A stretch of 53,500 bases of DNA from Nemertoderma westbladi (lineage: Eukaryota; Animalia; Xenacoelomorpha): positions 1-53,500 of the forward strand of contig JAUCBJ010000958.1 of NCBI GenBank assembly GCA_032718475.1. Reading direction: 5' to 3'. This document shows positions 34,901 through 48,789 of this stretch, piece by piece. How positions within the stretch are numbered: position 1 is the stretch's first letter; every line of letters begins with the position of its first letter. Below the pieces are notes generated by a model. That model was given only the letters and a program-made list of their open reading frames with translations. It did no database searches and was not told where the DNA came from. The position numbers and the translations under genes are program-made.

Positions 34901-36119
34901 AAACTTTAACCCTTTAAATTAATTACATTACAAAATGTCAAAATCGTCTGCTAACATATTTGCTGTTTAAATCTCCATCTATTTAATTAACTCGTTGTCA
35001 TAAATTTATGTATTACTAAATACATTATATACTAATAAATACTAAATATCTACTAAATATATTATATAGACATACAGTATTAACAAAAAATATTAAAAAA
35101 TCGCAGTCTGCCCCAGTAGTAGGTGTTTGCACGGCTCGGCGACAGTTGGACCACACTCATAACTCATCGATGAGTCATAGAACCATAGGGTGTCATTGGC
35201 GCCAGACTGTCTGGGTGACACCTCCCAATTAGGCTAATTAGACCCTAATTGACGGGTGTCATCAATTAATTAGTACATTTAATCCCTAATAGGTGTCTTA
35301 TGACTCCTAATTAGGGTTTAATTGATTATCCTAATTAATCAGACCAATTAGAACCCTAACACCAAATGTGTCATGAGTGTTGTCCAACAATCACCTAGAG
35401 GTCCTATAGGTCATAAGTGACACCTCTGATTATACTACCTTCTTAGGGCTATATCTAGGCAGCTGTAATGTTGACCTTTGATCCCAAGCAGCTTAAACAA
35501 AGCAGCAGGTTTTTAATATTGATTATATCCAAGCACGCTATATTAAATCAATGACCTTTAATCACCTATCAATGAGCCTTTAAACACCCATTCCTGTGTA
35601 AGCTCTAGTAATCCTATACTAATTAGCATATGGTCCTCTATTGTATCGGAACTTCTTATAACCTAATCTAATGACCCAGCGGTCCCCTTTTGTTAAAGAA
35701 ATCTCAAAGGTATTCTTCCTTTTGATATGTTTGTATTTTTGAATGAAACAATAGGGTTTAATCAAACTATAACATACCAGGCTAATCGCCCTAAGCACAA
35801 GCCGAAACAGAAATAACCAAAACAATAAATCTGATTTGGCTTCCCAAGCTACTTAATACGAGTGTCGGTGACTTAACACTCCAATTGTTCACCTTTCACA
35901 GAGAAAGAAAGCAGTTCGTCAGGCACTCAAATGTTGTTTGTGAGAGTATTTTAATGTTGCAAATAAAGGTAAAATCTTCACTTAACCCGGTGCCCATAGC
36001 GCTGACTGTAATCAGCTATTTTACTGCTTCGCTACGCTTGCGACTACTTTAAACTTGCGAACCCGCTATTTTCGGATAACCGCCAAGCGTTATAAAGACA
36101 CAAAAATCTTTTTTCGGGG

Positions 36120-37138
36120 ATCGTAAAACAGTAACTGTTAGGTCTATGAAAAATTACAGCAAGGAACGCTTTTTAAGTTTGTTAGTTAATTCTGACTGGG
36201 AACCCTGTTTTAAGGCCGCTGACATTAACCTTGCGTACACTGTCTTTAAAGATATATTTCTAAAGGCACTTAATACTGTAGCACCAATTAAAAAAATTAG
36301 TCTTAAACAACGCACTGAGCCCTGGATGAGCTCGGGTATTCTTAGTAATATCAGAGAAAGAGATAACTATTTGTATAAATTTAGGAAATACCGTGTTTTA
36401 GCAGATTATAATAATTACTGCAAATATAGAAACCTTGTCCAACGGGAAATAAAAAAAGCTAAATCTGAATATTTGTACAACAAAATAAGTGAGAATAAAG
36501 ATAATCCTAAAAGTCTATGGTCTACCCTAAAATCTTCAGGTTATAAAAACCTTAAATCTAAATCGAATATTGTTCTGCAAGATAACGGTGAGCTGATTCA
36601 TGATCATACTCTAGTTAGTAAATTATTTAATAATTATTTTACTAATGTTGCCTCTAATTTAGTTAAGACTACTACTACTCGTACCGGTCTAGACCTAATA
36701 CCTGCCCGTTTTCTTAAGTATGGTGCTGAAGTACTTAAAGTGCCTATTACTTTTATTATTAATTACTCTATCGTAGATAATGTAGTACCAGACGAACTGA
36801 AATTAGCTAAGGTTGTTCCTCTGTATAAAAAGAATAGTAAAGTAGAACCCTGTAATTACAGACTTGTTAGTATCTTAAGTATTGTATCTAAAATTCTAGA
36901 ACGTTCTGTTTTTCTACAGCTGGAGGCACATCTTAGTAGGCTAAATCTGATCTATGAACTTCAGTCCGGTTTTCGTAAATCATATTCTACAGACACCTGT
37001 CTTATTAACTTAACTGATACAATTAGATGTAATAACGCAAAGGGTTTATATACTGGTATGGTAATGTTGGACCTACAAAAGGCTTTCGATACTGTAGATC
37101 ACGAAATTCTGCTTGGTAAGTTAGGCCTGATGGGTGTA
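36120..37138 (+). mobile_element. CR1/L2-group LINE internal fragment (tether and N-terminal RT)
   Basis: PWM, YRNLV, NPKSLW, TGLDLIP, AKVVPLYKK, NYRLVSIL, QSGFR, LDLQKAFDTVDHEILLGKL; internal deletion at a (TAC)n run near 36667. Confidence 0.85.
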
Positions 37139-37826
37139 ATCGAGGTCAGCCCTACAAGGAAAATATATGACAAGACACTACCTATAGAAACAGGGGACTT
37201 CACACCTGCCGAACTTCAAAGAAGCATTAAAAGCATGTCCAATAATAAAGCGAGTGGATTAGATGAAATCCCAGCGGAGGTATGGAAAACAGGAGTGCTA
37301 AACAGACCATTATTGAATGTTTGCAACCGGATGTTAAAAGGGGAAAAGCCACCACCAATTTGGACTAAAGGTCAACTAAAGCCTCTCCCCAAGAGAGGAG
37401 ACCTCGGTATACAAACAAACTATCGTGGGATCTGTCTGCTTGTGGTAGCTGCCAAAATATACAATAAAATGATTCTATATAGGATTAGGCCTCACATAGA
37501 GAAACTACTGCGTAAGAGCCAAAACGGATTTCGACCAACTAGATCAACAATAGCTCAGATACTTGCACTACGGAGACTGATTGAAGGAATTAAGTCGAAG
37601 AATCTCCCCGCAGTCATGACTTTTGTGGACTTCAATAAGGCATTCGACTCCATCCATAGAGGCAAAATGCTTGAAATCCTAAGAGCTTATGGAATACCAG
37701 AAGTAATTGTTGCTGGCATTGGATTGTTATATTGTGACACAGAAGCGCAGGTACTCTCACCAGATGGTGAAACTGAGTTTTTCTCAATTCTGGCTGGGGT
37801 ACTGCAAGCTGACACATTAGCACCAT
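37139..37826 (+). mobile_element. Internal 688-bp fragment of the RTE family found at 43480-46990
   Basis: Near-identical to the reverse complement of 44352-45039. Confidence 0.93.
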
Positions 37827-37848
37827 AATAGTTTATTTGTTTACTCAT

Positions 37849-40057
37849 CGGAAATGCGGCATCTGTTCTCGGAACGTTTGATCAAACTACAGAGGAGACG
37901 GAAACGCGGCATCTGTTCTCGGAACGTTTGATCAAACTACAGAGGAGACGGAAACGCGGCATCTGTTCTCAGAACTTTTGATCCAACTACAGAGGAGATG
38001 GAAACGCAGCATCTGTTCTCGGAACGTTTGATCCAACTACAGGAGGGGATGGAAACGCGGCATCTGTTCTCGGAACGTTTGATCCAACTACAGGGGGGAC
38101 TGGGACGGAAACGGGCATCTGTTCTCGGAACTTTTGATTAGACTACAGGGGGGACGGAAACGCGGCATCTGTTCTCGGAACTTTTGATCCAACTACAGAG
38201 GGGATGGAAACGCGGCATCTGTTCTCGGAACTTTTGATCCAACTACAGGGGGAACAGAAACGCGGCATCTGTTCTCGGAACTTTTGATCCAACTACAGAG
38301 GGGACGGAAAAGCGGTATCTGATCTCGGAACTTTTGATCCAACTACAGAGGGGATGGAAACGCGGCATCTGTTCTCGGAACTTTTGATCCAACTACAGAG
38401 GGGACGGAAACGCAGCATCTGTTCTCGGAACTTTTGATCCAACAACAGAGAGGACGGAAATGCGGCATCTGTTCTCGGAACTTTTGATCCAACTACAGAG
38501 GGGAAGGAAACGCGGCAACTGTTCCCTGAACTTTTGATCCAACTACAGAGGGGACGGAAACGCAGCATCTGTTCTTCGAAGTTTTGATCCAATCAACTAC
38601 AGAGGGGACGGAAACGCGGCATCTGTTCTCGGAACTTTTGATCCAACTACGGAGGGGACGGAAACGCGGCATCTGTTCTCGGAACTTTTGATCCAATTAC
38701 AGAGGGGATGGAAACGCGGCATCTTTTCTCAGAACTTTTGATCCAACAACAGAGAGGACGGAAATGCGGCATCTGTTCTCGGAACTTTTGATCCAACTAC
38801 AGAGGGGACGGAAACGTGGCATCTGTTCTCGGAACTTTTGTTCCTACTACAGGGGAGACGGAAACGCGGCATCTGTTCTCTGAACTTTTGATCCAACTAC
38901 AGAGGGGACGGAAATGCGGCATCTGTTCTCTGAACTTTTGATCCTACTACAGAGGGGACAGAAACGCGGCATCTGTTCTCGGAACTTTTGATCCAACTAC
39001 AGAGGGGACGGAAATGCGGCATCTGTTCTCTGAACTTTTGATCCAACTACAGAGGGGACGGAAATGCGGCATCTGTTCTCTGAACTTTTGATCCAACTAC
39101 AGAGGGGACGTAAACGCGGCATCTGTTTTCAGAACTTTTGATCCTACTGCAGGGGGGACGGGAACGCGGCATCTGTTCTCGCAACTTTTGATCCAACTAC
39201 AGAGGGGATGGAAACGCGGCATCTGTTCTCGGAACTTTTGATCCAACTACAGAGGGGATGGAAACGCGGCATCTGTTCTCGGAACTTTTGATCCAACTAC
39301 AGAGGGGATGGAAACGCGGCATCTGTTCTCTGAACTTTTGATCCAACTACAGAGGGGACGGAAAAGCGGTATCTGATCATCGAACTTTTGATCCAACTAC
39401 AGAGGGGACGGAAATGCGGCATCTGTTCTCTGAACTTTTGATCCAACTACAGAGGGGACGTAAACGCGGCATCTGTTCTCGGAACTTTTGATCCTACTAC
39501 AGGGGAGACGGAAATGCGGCATCTGTTCTCTGAACTTTTGATCCAACTACAGAGGGGACGGAAATGCGGCATCTGTTCTCTGAACTTTTGATCCAACTAC
39601 AGAGGGGACGTAAACGCGGCATCTGTTTTCAGAACTTTTGATCCTACTGCAGGGGGGACGGGAACGCGGCATCTGTTCTCGCAACTTTTGATCCAACTAC
39701 AGAGGGGATGGAAACGCGGCATCTGTTCTCGGAACTTTTGATCCAACTACAGAGGGGATGGAAACGCGGCATCTGTTCTCGGAACTTTTGATCCAACTAC
39801 AGAGGGGATGGAAACGCGGCATCTGTTCTCTGAACTTTTGATCCAACTACAGAGGGGACGTAAACGCGGCATCTGTTTTCAGAACTTTTGATCCTACTGC
39901 AGGGGGGACGGGAACGCGGCATCTGTTCTCGCAACTTTTGATCCTACTGCAGGGGGGACGGGAACGCGGCATCTGTTCTCGGGACTTTTGATCCAACTAC
40001 AGGGGGGACGGAAACGCGGCATCTGTTCTCGGAACTTTTGATCCAACTACAGAGGGG
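37849..40057. repeat. 50-bp satellite, about 44 copies
   Basis: Unit GGAAACGCGGCATCTGTTCTCGGAACTTTTGATCCAACTACAGAGGGGAC; more diverged at the left end. Confidence 0.96.
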
Positions 40058-40243
40058 TTATAAGATTGTTATATTGAATTGTTTATTTTGTTGTTAAATA
40101 AGTAATCTTTGCTATATATATTAATGTTTTAATTTTTATTTTAATTGTAATTTTTTATTTAATTTGATATCATTTGATGAGTTGGTACAAATAAAGCTGA
40201 TGTCGAGATAAATCATATTTCAAGTTTATAGGATTCGATTTCG

Positions 40244-43200
40244 GTGAATGACCCCAATAAGCCCCCTCCAGTAACCCCAATTGTCTCAACACCCCCTCCA
40301 GTAACCCCTAATGCCCCAAACCGCCCTCCAGTAACCCAAACACGTCTACCAGCAACCACAATTGCTTCAACACGACCCCCTTCTAACCAAACTGCGCGTA
40401 CTACAATGTGCATTGGTTGCTTGAAGCCGTATCGCTACTTGGCCAGTCTGGAAAAGCACCACAAAGTCTGTTTACGTTTCCAGTCCGCTTCTAATCTGTT
40501 ACTGTTTAGCGAACTCCCTTTCTGTCACGAATCCAATATGAAATTTTCAAACAATAGCTCTGGTTACTACACATTAGTTGCATGGAATGTGGAAGGTGCG
40601 CGCTCTACGATCGACACAACGATGGATGACACCTTCATAGACACTGATATCCTTCTCCTTTATGAAACGTTTACGACAGACTTGGTCATCCCAGGCTTCT
40701 CATGTCACAATGTGTCTTGTGAGAAACGCGATTTAGGGCGCCCTTACGGTGGTATCACTATTGCCATTAATATGAAAACCGCAATGCGTCAGGAGCCCAT
40801 TCATAAAAGCTCAACAGCTTTAGCACTACTAACAAGTAACTTTGTGATAATATCTGCCTATTATCCCCCATCATCTGATGTCTCTGATATATTACTCGAG
40901 CTCACCACTATAATTGTAACTGCACGGGCAAAGTGCACTCTTCCAATACTGCTAACAGGTGATTTTAACTGCCGTTTAGATGGCCCTCATGATCGTGGAG
41001 ACACACTATGCAGTGGCCTACTTGGCGCAGGACTGAACTACATTAACGACCACTCAATCCCTACATTTTACTCCTGGAATGGTCAGAGCGTAATCGACCT
41101 CGTTTTTGTCGACCACCTATTGGCTGATAAGGTCTCAGTAAGTATCCGCCCAACTACAAACACTAAACACCAGCGCGTTTATATAAAATATGAAACAACA
41201 AGCCCCATCAACTATAGGAAAGATTCTAACGACAGGAGATTTTCAATCTGCTATAGCCAATGGAGTAGACGATGTCTGTTCTTACATAACTAATGCTATT
41301 ACAAATTCTTCGTTATCTAGTAAGCCGAGAAATTCCAAATCTTGGTTCAATCAAGAATGCTATCTGGCTAAACACGAACTCATGTCAAGTTTTCAGTTAA
41401 TGAAACGGGCGCCAACACCCCTAAACAAGCAAAGATATTCGGAGTTAGCTCGTTCATATAAGAAGTTGATGCATACAAAAAAGACATTGTACGAGGCCCA
41501 AAGAGAGTTTAAGTTAATTCAAGAGTGCGAGTCTGACAAACAGAAATTTTGGAACATTCTGAAGACCGGCGACCAAGTCAAACCAGTTGCTCAACAAGTG
41601 TCAGAACAATCTTGGTTCACACATTTCTCAGAGTTGCTTTCAACCAAACACTCACCCCAACTACCGCCAATTCCAGATCAACCAAATGATATACTAGATA
41701 AACAAATAGAGCCATCGGAAATAACGGTCGCTGTCAATAACGCCAAGCTCCACAAAGCAACGGGGCCAGATGGCGTGTCGAACGAGGCGCTAAAATCCGG
41801 TTTCGGTCACCTTCTTCCGTTCCTTCTGAGTCTGTTGTCCCTCTGTCTCACACTGGGAGTTTGCCCAATATCCTGGTTGACATCATATCTGATACCACTG
41901 TATAAAGGAAAAGGCAAAAAGACATCCCCTGACAGTTATCGTGGCATAGCACTCCTTTCGTGTCTACTAAAACTATACACCGCTATTCTGTTTGAACGTC
42001 TGTACGTGTTTGCCGAGATCAGTGGCATCCTTCCTGCTGCTCAATACGGCTTCCGTCGAGGACTCTCAACGGTGATGGCTGTCAAGAACCTATATGGTTT
42101 AATAAATATAGCTCTTCAGTCGGCCGGAGGACATACATATTGTGTTTTCGTCGACTTCACTAAGGCGTTCGACTCCATCAACAGAGAAACTCTCTGCCAG
42201 CGTCTAGTAATACATGGCATCAGTCGAAAATTTATCACTGCTATATGGGCACTAATCGCAGTTAACTATCTATGTATTTGCATTGGAACATATGTATTGG
42301 ACCCAATCACTCAATCGGTCGGAGTAGTGCAAGGTGACAAACTCTCTCCCCTTTTATTCAGCTTGTTCGTTGCTGACCTCCCATCTATCCTCATGGCCGC
42401 ATGCTGCATCGTCATAATGTACGCTGATGATCTCGTCATAGTCGGCGATTCGATCGCAGTCACCCAGGACGCTCTGGACAGATTATCAGAATATTGTCGG
42501 GTCAATGACCTGAAGGTCAATATAAAGAAAACTAAGGCAGTCAAATTCCGCAGAGGTGGCCGTTTAGCTTCTGGTGATAAATTATATTATAATGGCACTT
42601 TATTGGAGTTTCAAAATACGTTCAACTACTTAGGCGTAGTGCTAGCAACAAAAAATGGTCCCACAGCTCACTTCCAGCACTTATACAAAAAAGGCGTGGC
42701 CTGCTCTATTCGTATTGCAACTAAGGTAAATCTACATCATATATCGTTAGCCACGGCAAAACGTTTGTGGGCAACTGTAATCTACCCGTCGACAACATAC
42801 GGATGCACTATTTTTACGTCTAACGAAAACGTTCCGCGGCTGGAACACATCCATCGAGTGCGAGCATTTTACTACAAACTTTGGTGCGGCATCAGTAAAT
42901 ACTCGTCGTCAACTGCAATTCTTAACGCAATAGATAACTGCGATGACGCGGAAATTAATCTCGTGGACCTAACCGGTTTTCGTCGCCGCGCAGCAGCCCA
43001 GTTAATGGCGAACGGCTGCCACCATCGGATTTGTAAAATTTCGAACTGCTGGAGACCCACTGATCAATGTGTCTGCTGGTTGTGCAATAATAGTGCCACA
43101 TCTACCGCCCACTACCTGCAATGCACCGGAATGCCAGCCAACCTGTCTACATTAAGATGCGCGCTGTATCTGATGAGCGTAGACCAACCACTTCCCCATC

Positions 43201-43330
43201 CACCGTGACTTATTTATTATAGTTTAGTAACAGTATTTTAATATTTATTTTACATTATTATTTATTTTACGGAAATTTGTGCTTCAATTGATTAATTTTA
43301 CTAAGCTCCATATGTTGGAATAAAGAAGTC
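40244..43330 (+). mobile_element. 5'-truncated LINE (family B, related to family A): ORF2 with frameshift near 41235 plus 3' UTR
   Basis: Zinc finger CIGC..H...C, APE (WNVEG, GDFN, SVIDL), RT (FVDFTKAFDS, QGDKLSP, MYADD) and Cys/His tail, colinear with ORF2 at 330-3266. Stop at 43208 and AATAAA at 43319. Confidence 0.92.
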
Positions 43331-43488
43331 AATGATCAATAGTAATAATTAAATAGGGTGAATGTTCAATATTGATTTATGGTGTTTTTATTTCAAACTC
43401 TGTAGTAAAGTATATATTTATAAATATTTTGTTGTTTTCAATATTTAGTTTTAGAAATATTTCTAAATAAACAGGTTTACTACTACTA

Positions 43489-46400
43489 CTAGGTCGACCG
43501 AACTCGGACAGTGGAAATGAGATCCTTCCAGGCTTCCCGATTCTCCATAGTTGTCGCAATTTCGTTTCTCCTAAGTTCAGTATCCCTTTCAAGTTGATCT
43601 ATATATGTTATGGCAGGTCGTCCACGACTACGCTTTCCATGAGTTGGAAATAGAAGTAGATCTGGTATGACCTCGTCTTTACTTCGCCAGCAGTGCCCAC
43701 TGAATCTTAATCTGCGTTCACGGAGGGTGGTTGATACAGGTGGTATTGTACCATAAAGCTCGGCGTTTGTCATGTGTTGTCTCCAGCTGATGTTTAAGGC
43801 TGCCCTTAGTAGTCTGGTGTAGCAACCATCAATTCGTTGTTCAAGTGATTTAGTCAGTGTCCAGGTCTCACCCCCGTATAAAATTACACTTTCCACTGTG
43901 GCTCGAAAGAACTCAGTCTTCAGGTGCCTGGAGAGATCTGATTTCCAGATGGTATCCATTTTTGATAGAGCTACCCAAGCCTTTGCTTTCCTAACTTCTA
44001 TGTCCTTTTTGCTACTCTCTATCCATGATCCAAGGTACTGGAAGTCATCGACCTGCCTTAGTTGATTATTATCAATGGTTGTCAAGTTTCCATCAACATT
44101 AAAGGTCATGAATTCGGTCTTGGTAGCATTTATATGCAATCCAACCTCCTTAGCAGCCCTCTCCACTTTATTAAGTAGAAGCTGTGCATCTGCTAGCGTA
44201 TTAGAGAGCAGGGCGATGTCATCCGCAAAGTCGGTGTCTGTGACTGTAGTTGCCGGATATCTACTACTTCTGCGTTCTTGAAGTGTGAATCCCAGATCTT
44301 CACCCTTTGTGGCCGTCCTCATTGCGTAATCCAGCACAATTACAAATAGTAATGGTGCTAATGTGTCACCTTGCAGTACGCCAGCCAGGATTGAGAAAAA
44401 CTCAATTTCACCATCTGGTGAGAGTACCTGCGCTTCTGTGTCACAATATAGCAATCCAATGCCAGCAACAATTACTTCTGGTATTCCATAAGCTCTTAGG
44501 ATTTCAAGCATTTTACCTCTATGGATGGAGTCGAATGCCTTCTTGAAGTCCACAAAAGTCATGACTGCGGGGAGATTCTTTGACTTAATTCCTTCAATCA
44601 GTCTCCGTAGTGCAAGTATCTGAGCTATTGTTGAGCTACTTGGTCGAAATCCGTTTTGGCTCTTACGCAGTAGTTTCTCTATGTGAGGCCTAATCCTATA
44701 TAGAATCATTTTATTGTATATTTTGGCAGCTACCACAAGCAGACAGATCCCACGATAGTTTGTTGGTATGCCGAGGTCTCCTTTCTTGGGGAGAGGCTTT
44801 AGTTGACCTTTAGTCCAAATTGGTGGTGGCTTTTCCCCTTTTAACATCCGGTTGCAAACATTCAATAATGGTCTATTTAGCACTCCGGTTTTCCATACCT
44901 CCGCTGGGATTTCATCTAATCCACTCGCTTTATTATTGGACATGCTTTTAATGCTTCTTTGGAGTTCGGCAGGTGTGAAGTCCCCTGTTTCTATAGGTAG
45001 TGTCTTGTCATATATTTTCCTTGTAGGGCTGACCTCGATGTTTGGTGGCTGCCCAAGCAGGTTGCTGAAGTGATTTTTCCACTTCCCAACACGTTCTTCA
45101 GGACTATCGGCTTTGAGGCGCCCCTTTGCACAACTTTTCCGACCAGATACTTCATTTACAGTTTGCCAGGTAAGTCTTTATTGTTGCTGTATGTGAGCAG
45201 TTGTAATTGCTTCAGTTTTATCCTGTATGTACTTTTCCTGGCTGATGTTGTAGGCCAATTTAAGATCGTCCTTAGCTTTCTCAACCTTGTTAATGTTTTC
45301 GGTTGTTGGTTGTTCGGTTTTAACTTTGTAGGCTATCTTAAGATCTTCTCTCTTACAAGTAACCTCACAGTTTTGCCATGGCACATACTGTTTTCGTTTA
45401 GGTTTCTGGGGGATATGCCTCTTAGCTGATTCCTTGTGGGCTGTTATTATATTCTGGTATATTGAATCGGTAGATTGGTCTTCATCCATTGACTGAAGTG
45501 CTTCAAAGCGGTTTTGAACTTCTACTGTATAAGCATCCTTTACAGCATTGTCAGTTCTGAGTTTCTCCCAGTCATAGTTGATTTGCTTGCTTGTCCTGGG
45601 TTTGCTGGCTCTCAAACTGAGTCTGATCTCTGCAGTCACAATTCTGTGGTCCGAACCAATTAGGTTGAACGAGCTGTATGCCTCGCAGTTGATCATGCTA
45701 TTTCTCCACTTTTTGTTTATAAGGATGTAATCCAGTTGTGCTTTGGTTCCATTAGGGTATTGAAAGGTCCATAGCTTCCCCTTACTCTTTTCGAATGTGT
45801 TGTTTGTTGGTATCAATTCACATTCTTCCATTAGGTCTAAGAGTAAGTACCCATTTCTGTTAGAACTGGTGTTATAGGTGTAACCCTTGATGTCTTCTGG
45901 GCCAATTTGCGCATTCAGGTCACCAGCAATGACTTTAACATTGTGTTTCGGGATGTCCTTAATAAGTCCAGTCAGTTCTTCAAAAAACTTGACTGCTTGT
46001 TCTGGCTCTGAGGCATTGGTTGGACTGTAGCAACATATAACTGTTGTCTTGGGATTCCCATCAAATGTTGCGATCATAACCCTGGAATTTATAGATTCGA
46101 TGTTGTTTAGGGTCTTAAGTGCAAATGGGCTTAGCAGAATTCCTACTCCACCAATTGATGCATTGGCCGAGTTTCTTACTGCTGAGCTTGTTACTAACGT
46201 CCATCCATTTCCAATGTCATTGTACTTCATGGCAGTGTCTTCATGACAAATCCGATGTTCTTGGATGCAGATGATGTCGATGTTATATTCCATTGCCAGA
46301 GCGACCATGTCACCCTGTTTGCTCTGTGCTTTCAGCGTGCGTGCGTTCATTGTAGCAATCTTTAGTGTCTTTTTACATTTCAACAGGTTGGTTCTTCTTT

Positions 46401-46527
46401 CTTCTCTGTCTTCTGTTCCAGTAGCCAATTTATCGACCCCAGCCTGGTGTACCACTGAGGGACGCGGTCCTTGTTGACCCGGGCGACGACCGAGCCGGTA
46501 TTTCTCCTGGAGGGTTCTCATACTCAT
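43489..46527 (-). pseudogene. RTE APE-RT ORF with one in-frame TAA at 45178-45180
   Basis: ATMNART, IQEH, GDLNA, QLDYIL, SDH; DFKKAFDS, QGDTLAP, FADD, YLGS. The two ORF-track pieces are in the same frame (234 bp apart) and the linker reads RLTWQTVNEVSGRK. Confidence 0.92.
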
Positions 46528-46592
46528 ATCTTTCAGTTGCGGGGGTAAACCGCTTGTGGTCGCAACTCCTACAAGCGTCTTCGCAGTAGGTC

Positions 46593-46702
46593 GCCGTTGG
46601 TTGATTACCTTCCGCCGACCTTGTCAGCATGTCTAGCCGTTGGTTGATTACCTTCCGCCGACCTTGTCAGCATGTCTAGCCGTTGGTTGATTACCTTCCG
46701 CC
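46593..46702. repeat. 43-bp tandem duplication (about 2.5 copies) in the RTE 5' UTR
   Basis: GCCGTTGGTTGATTACCTTCCGCC at 46593, 46636 and 46679. Confidence 0.9.
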
Positions 46703-47091
46703 TATCCATGGCCTACAGCCCTGCTGCCGACTGTAGGGGTCCATTTGATACACCCTGAACCAAGTGTGCCTCCTGGGTTAGGTTACCTAACACTGGTAGA
46801 GGAGCATCCAGTATAGACAGGGCGGGGCTTGTATCATCTCTAATGCAGATGCGTATCAAGCCTTTGCCTTCAATGGTGCCCTAGGCGCTATAGCCCTCAA
46901 TGACTTATTTAGTTGACGGGGCTGAACCAACCCACTCTTGATCAACTAAATAATGAATAGGCTATGCTTATCGGGCCTGCCCTACTGGGCTAAACAGGTT
47001 TAAAAATTTAGAAATCACTATTTTTATTATTTAAAAATTTCACAAACATATTATTTAGAAAAAAACATGCGGGAAACAGGCAAGAAATTTA

Positions 47092-47795
47092 TAACTTTAT
47101 ATTACAACTGACTAAACTTATGTAACTGACTGACTATATAACTTTATATTACAACTGACTAAACTTATGTAACTGACTGACTATATAACTTTATATTACA
47201 ACTGATTAAACTTATGTAACTGACTGACTATATAACTTTATATTACAACTGACTAAACTTATGTAACTGACTGACTATATAACTTAATATTACAACTGAC
47301 TAAACTTATGTAACTGACTGACAATATAACTTTATATTACAACTGACTAAACTTATGTAACTGACTGGCTAACTTTATATTACAACTGACTAAACTTATG
47401 TAACTGACTGACAATATAACTTTATATTACAACTGACTAAACTTTTGTAACTGACTGACTATATAACTTTATATTACAACTGACTAAACTTATGTAACTG
47501 ACTGACAATATAACTTTATATTACAACTGACTAAACTTATGTAACTGACTGACAATATAACTTTATATTACAACTGACTAAACTTTTGTAACTGACTGAC
47601 TATATAACTTTATATTACAACTGACTAAACTTTTTTAACTGACTGACTATATAACTTTATATTACAACTGACTAAACTTTTTTAACTGACTGACTATATA
47701 ACTTTATATTACAACTGACTAAACTTTTGTAACTGACTGACTATATAACTTTATATTACAACTGACTAAACTTATGTAACTGACGGACTATATAC
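47092..47795. repeat. 47-bp AT-rich satellite, about 15 copies
   Basis: Unit TAACTTTATATTACAACTGACTAAACTTATGTAACTGACTGACTATA. Confidence 0.95.
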
Positions 47796-48789
47796 CTGAA
47801 ACTGATTAAGGTTCATCACGAATTCACTGAGAAAGGTTTTACAACAACTGCACTTTACCAAAATATCGCTATCGGGTTATTATTTAGGGGATCTTTCATT
47901 CTTTGTAACTCACTGCGTGGCAAACAGTAATTCTTCACAATATACAATTTCCATTTATTACATAATAAATATCTTATTAATAATTTCAAATTCCTATAGG
48001 GAATAATAATATGACACATGATATATACGACAACACAAATTATTTGGTATCATTGCACAAAAACATGACAAAAAAACTATTTAATTAAACTGTTTATCGA
48101 TATAATAACTACAATCAGCACAAATAGTATCCAAAAAACATCTATTTTGCAAAAAACGGCGCTTTAGTGAAGCCTGTTTAAATTGAGAGACTTAGACCAC
48201 GGAGTTCTACAAACGATGACTGCTAGTAGCAAATACAAGATAGAGTTGGATCGAAAATATTGGTTTAGTATTGGGACGAAGTAGTCAGACAAAATAAATA
48301 ACCGTAACTTAATCCACAATTTAACTGATTGGGTTTTTCTCACAAAAAGTGGCCAAGATTTAGAGAAAATAATGTCAATTTTTTTTTGTAAAAACTATAT
48401 AAATATATACATATTTTCGAGAGTTCTCGATGGGGCGACTTCGAAAACACTAGTGGGCCGTTTTTTTTAGTGAAGTCTTAAGATTTTATTCGTGAAAAAC
48501 GAATGTCCACAATGTAACATTTTGACCCTCCTGGTGTAACGCTACTTGTTAGCCAATCAGAAGCCTTCATTTCACAGAACGCCCATAATCTAACTTGTTG
48601 TCTCTAATGTAACGCTACTTGTTAGCCAATCAGTATCCAGGATTTGACATTTAAAATATATACCAGAAATTCAACAGTCACTTGTATGTCATGTAACGCC
48701 ACTTTCATTATTAACCGTAAACTAAGGATTTATCGACCCAATGGCTAAAAATAATATCTTTCAAATCAGCAAATTATTTTTTGTTGTAT

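Larger units (their letters stand above)
43480..46990 (-). mobile_element. Full-length RTE-clade LINE with 12-bp TSD
   Basis: TAAACAGGTTTA at 43468-43479 and 46991-47002; (TAG)n tail; single APE-RT frame. Confidence 0.93.

Noticed and set aside
36146-37828. Functional 560-aa reverse transcriptase gene
   Set aside because: Two partial RT halves; neither reaches the catalytic YADD motif.
45178-45180. Programmed readthrough in the RTE ORF
   Set aside because: TAA-A is a poor readthrough context and RTEs normally have one continuous ORF; a nonsense mutation is simpler.
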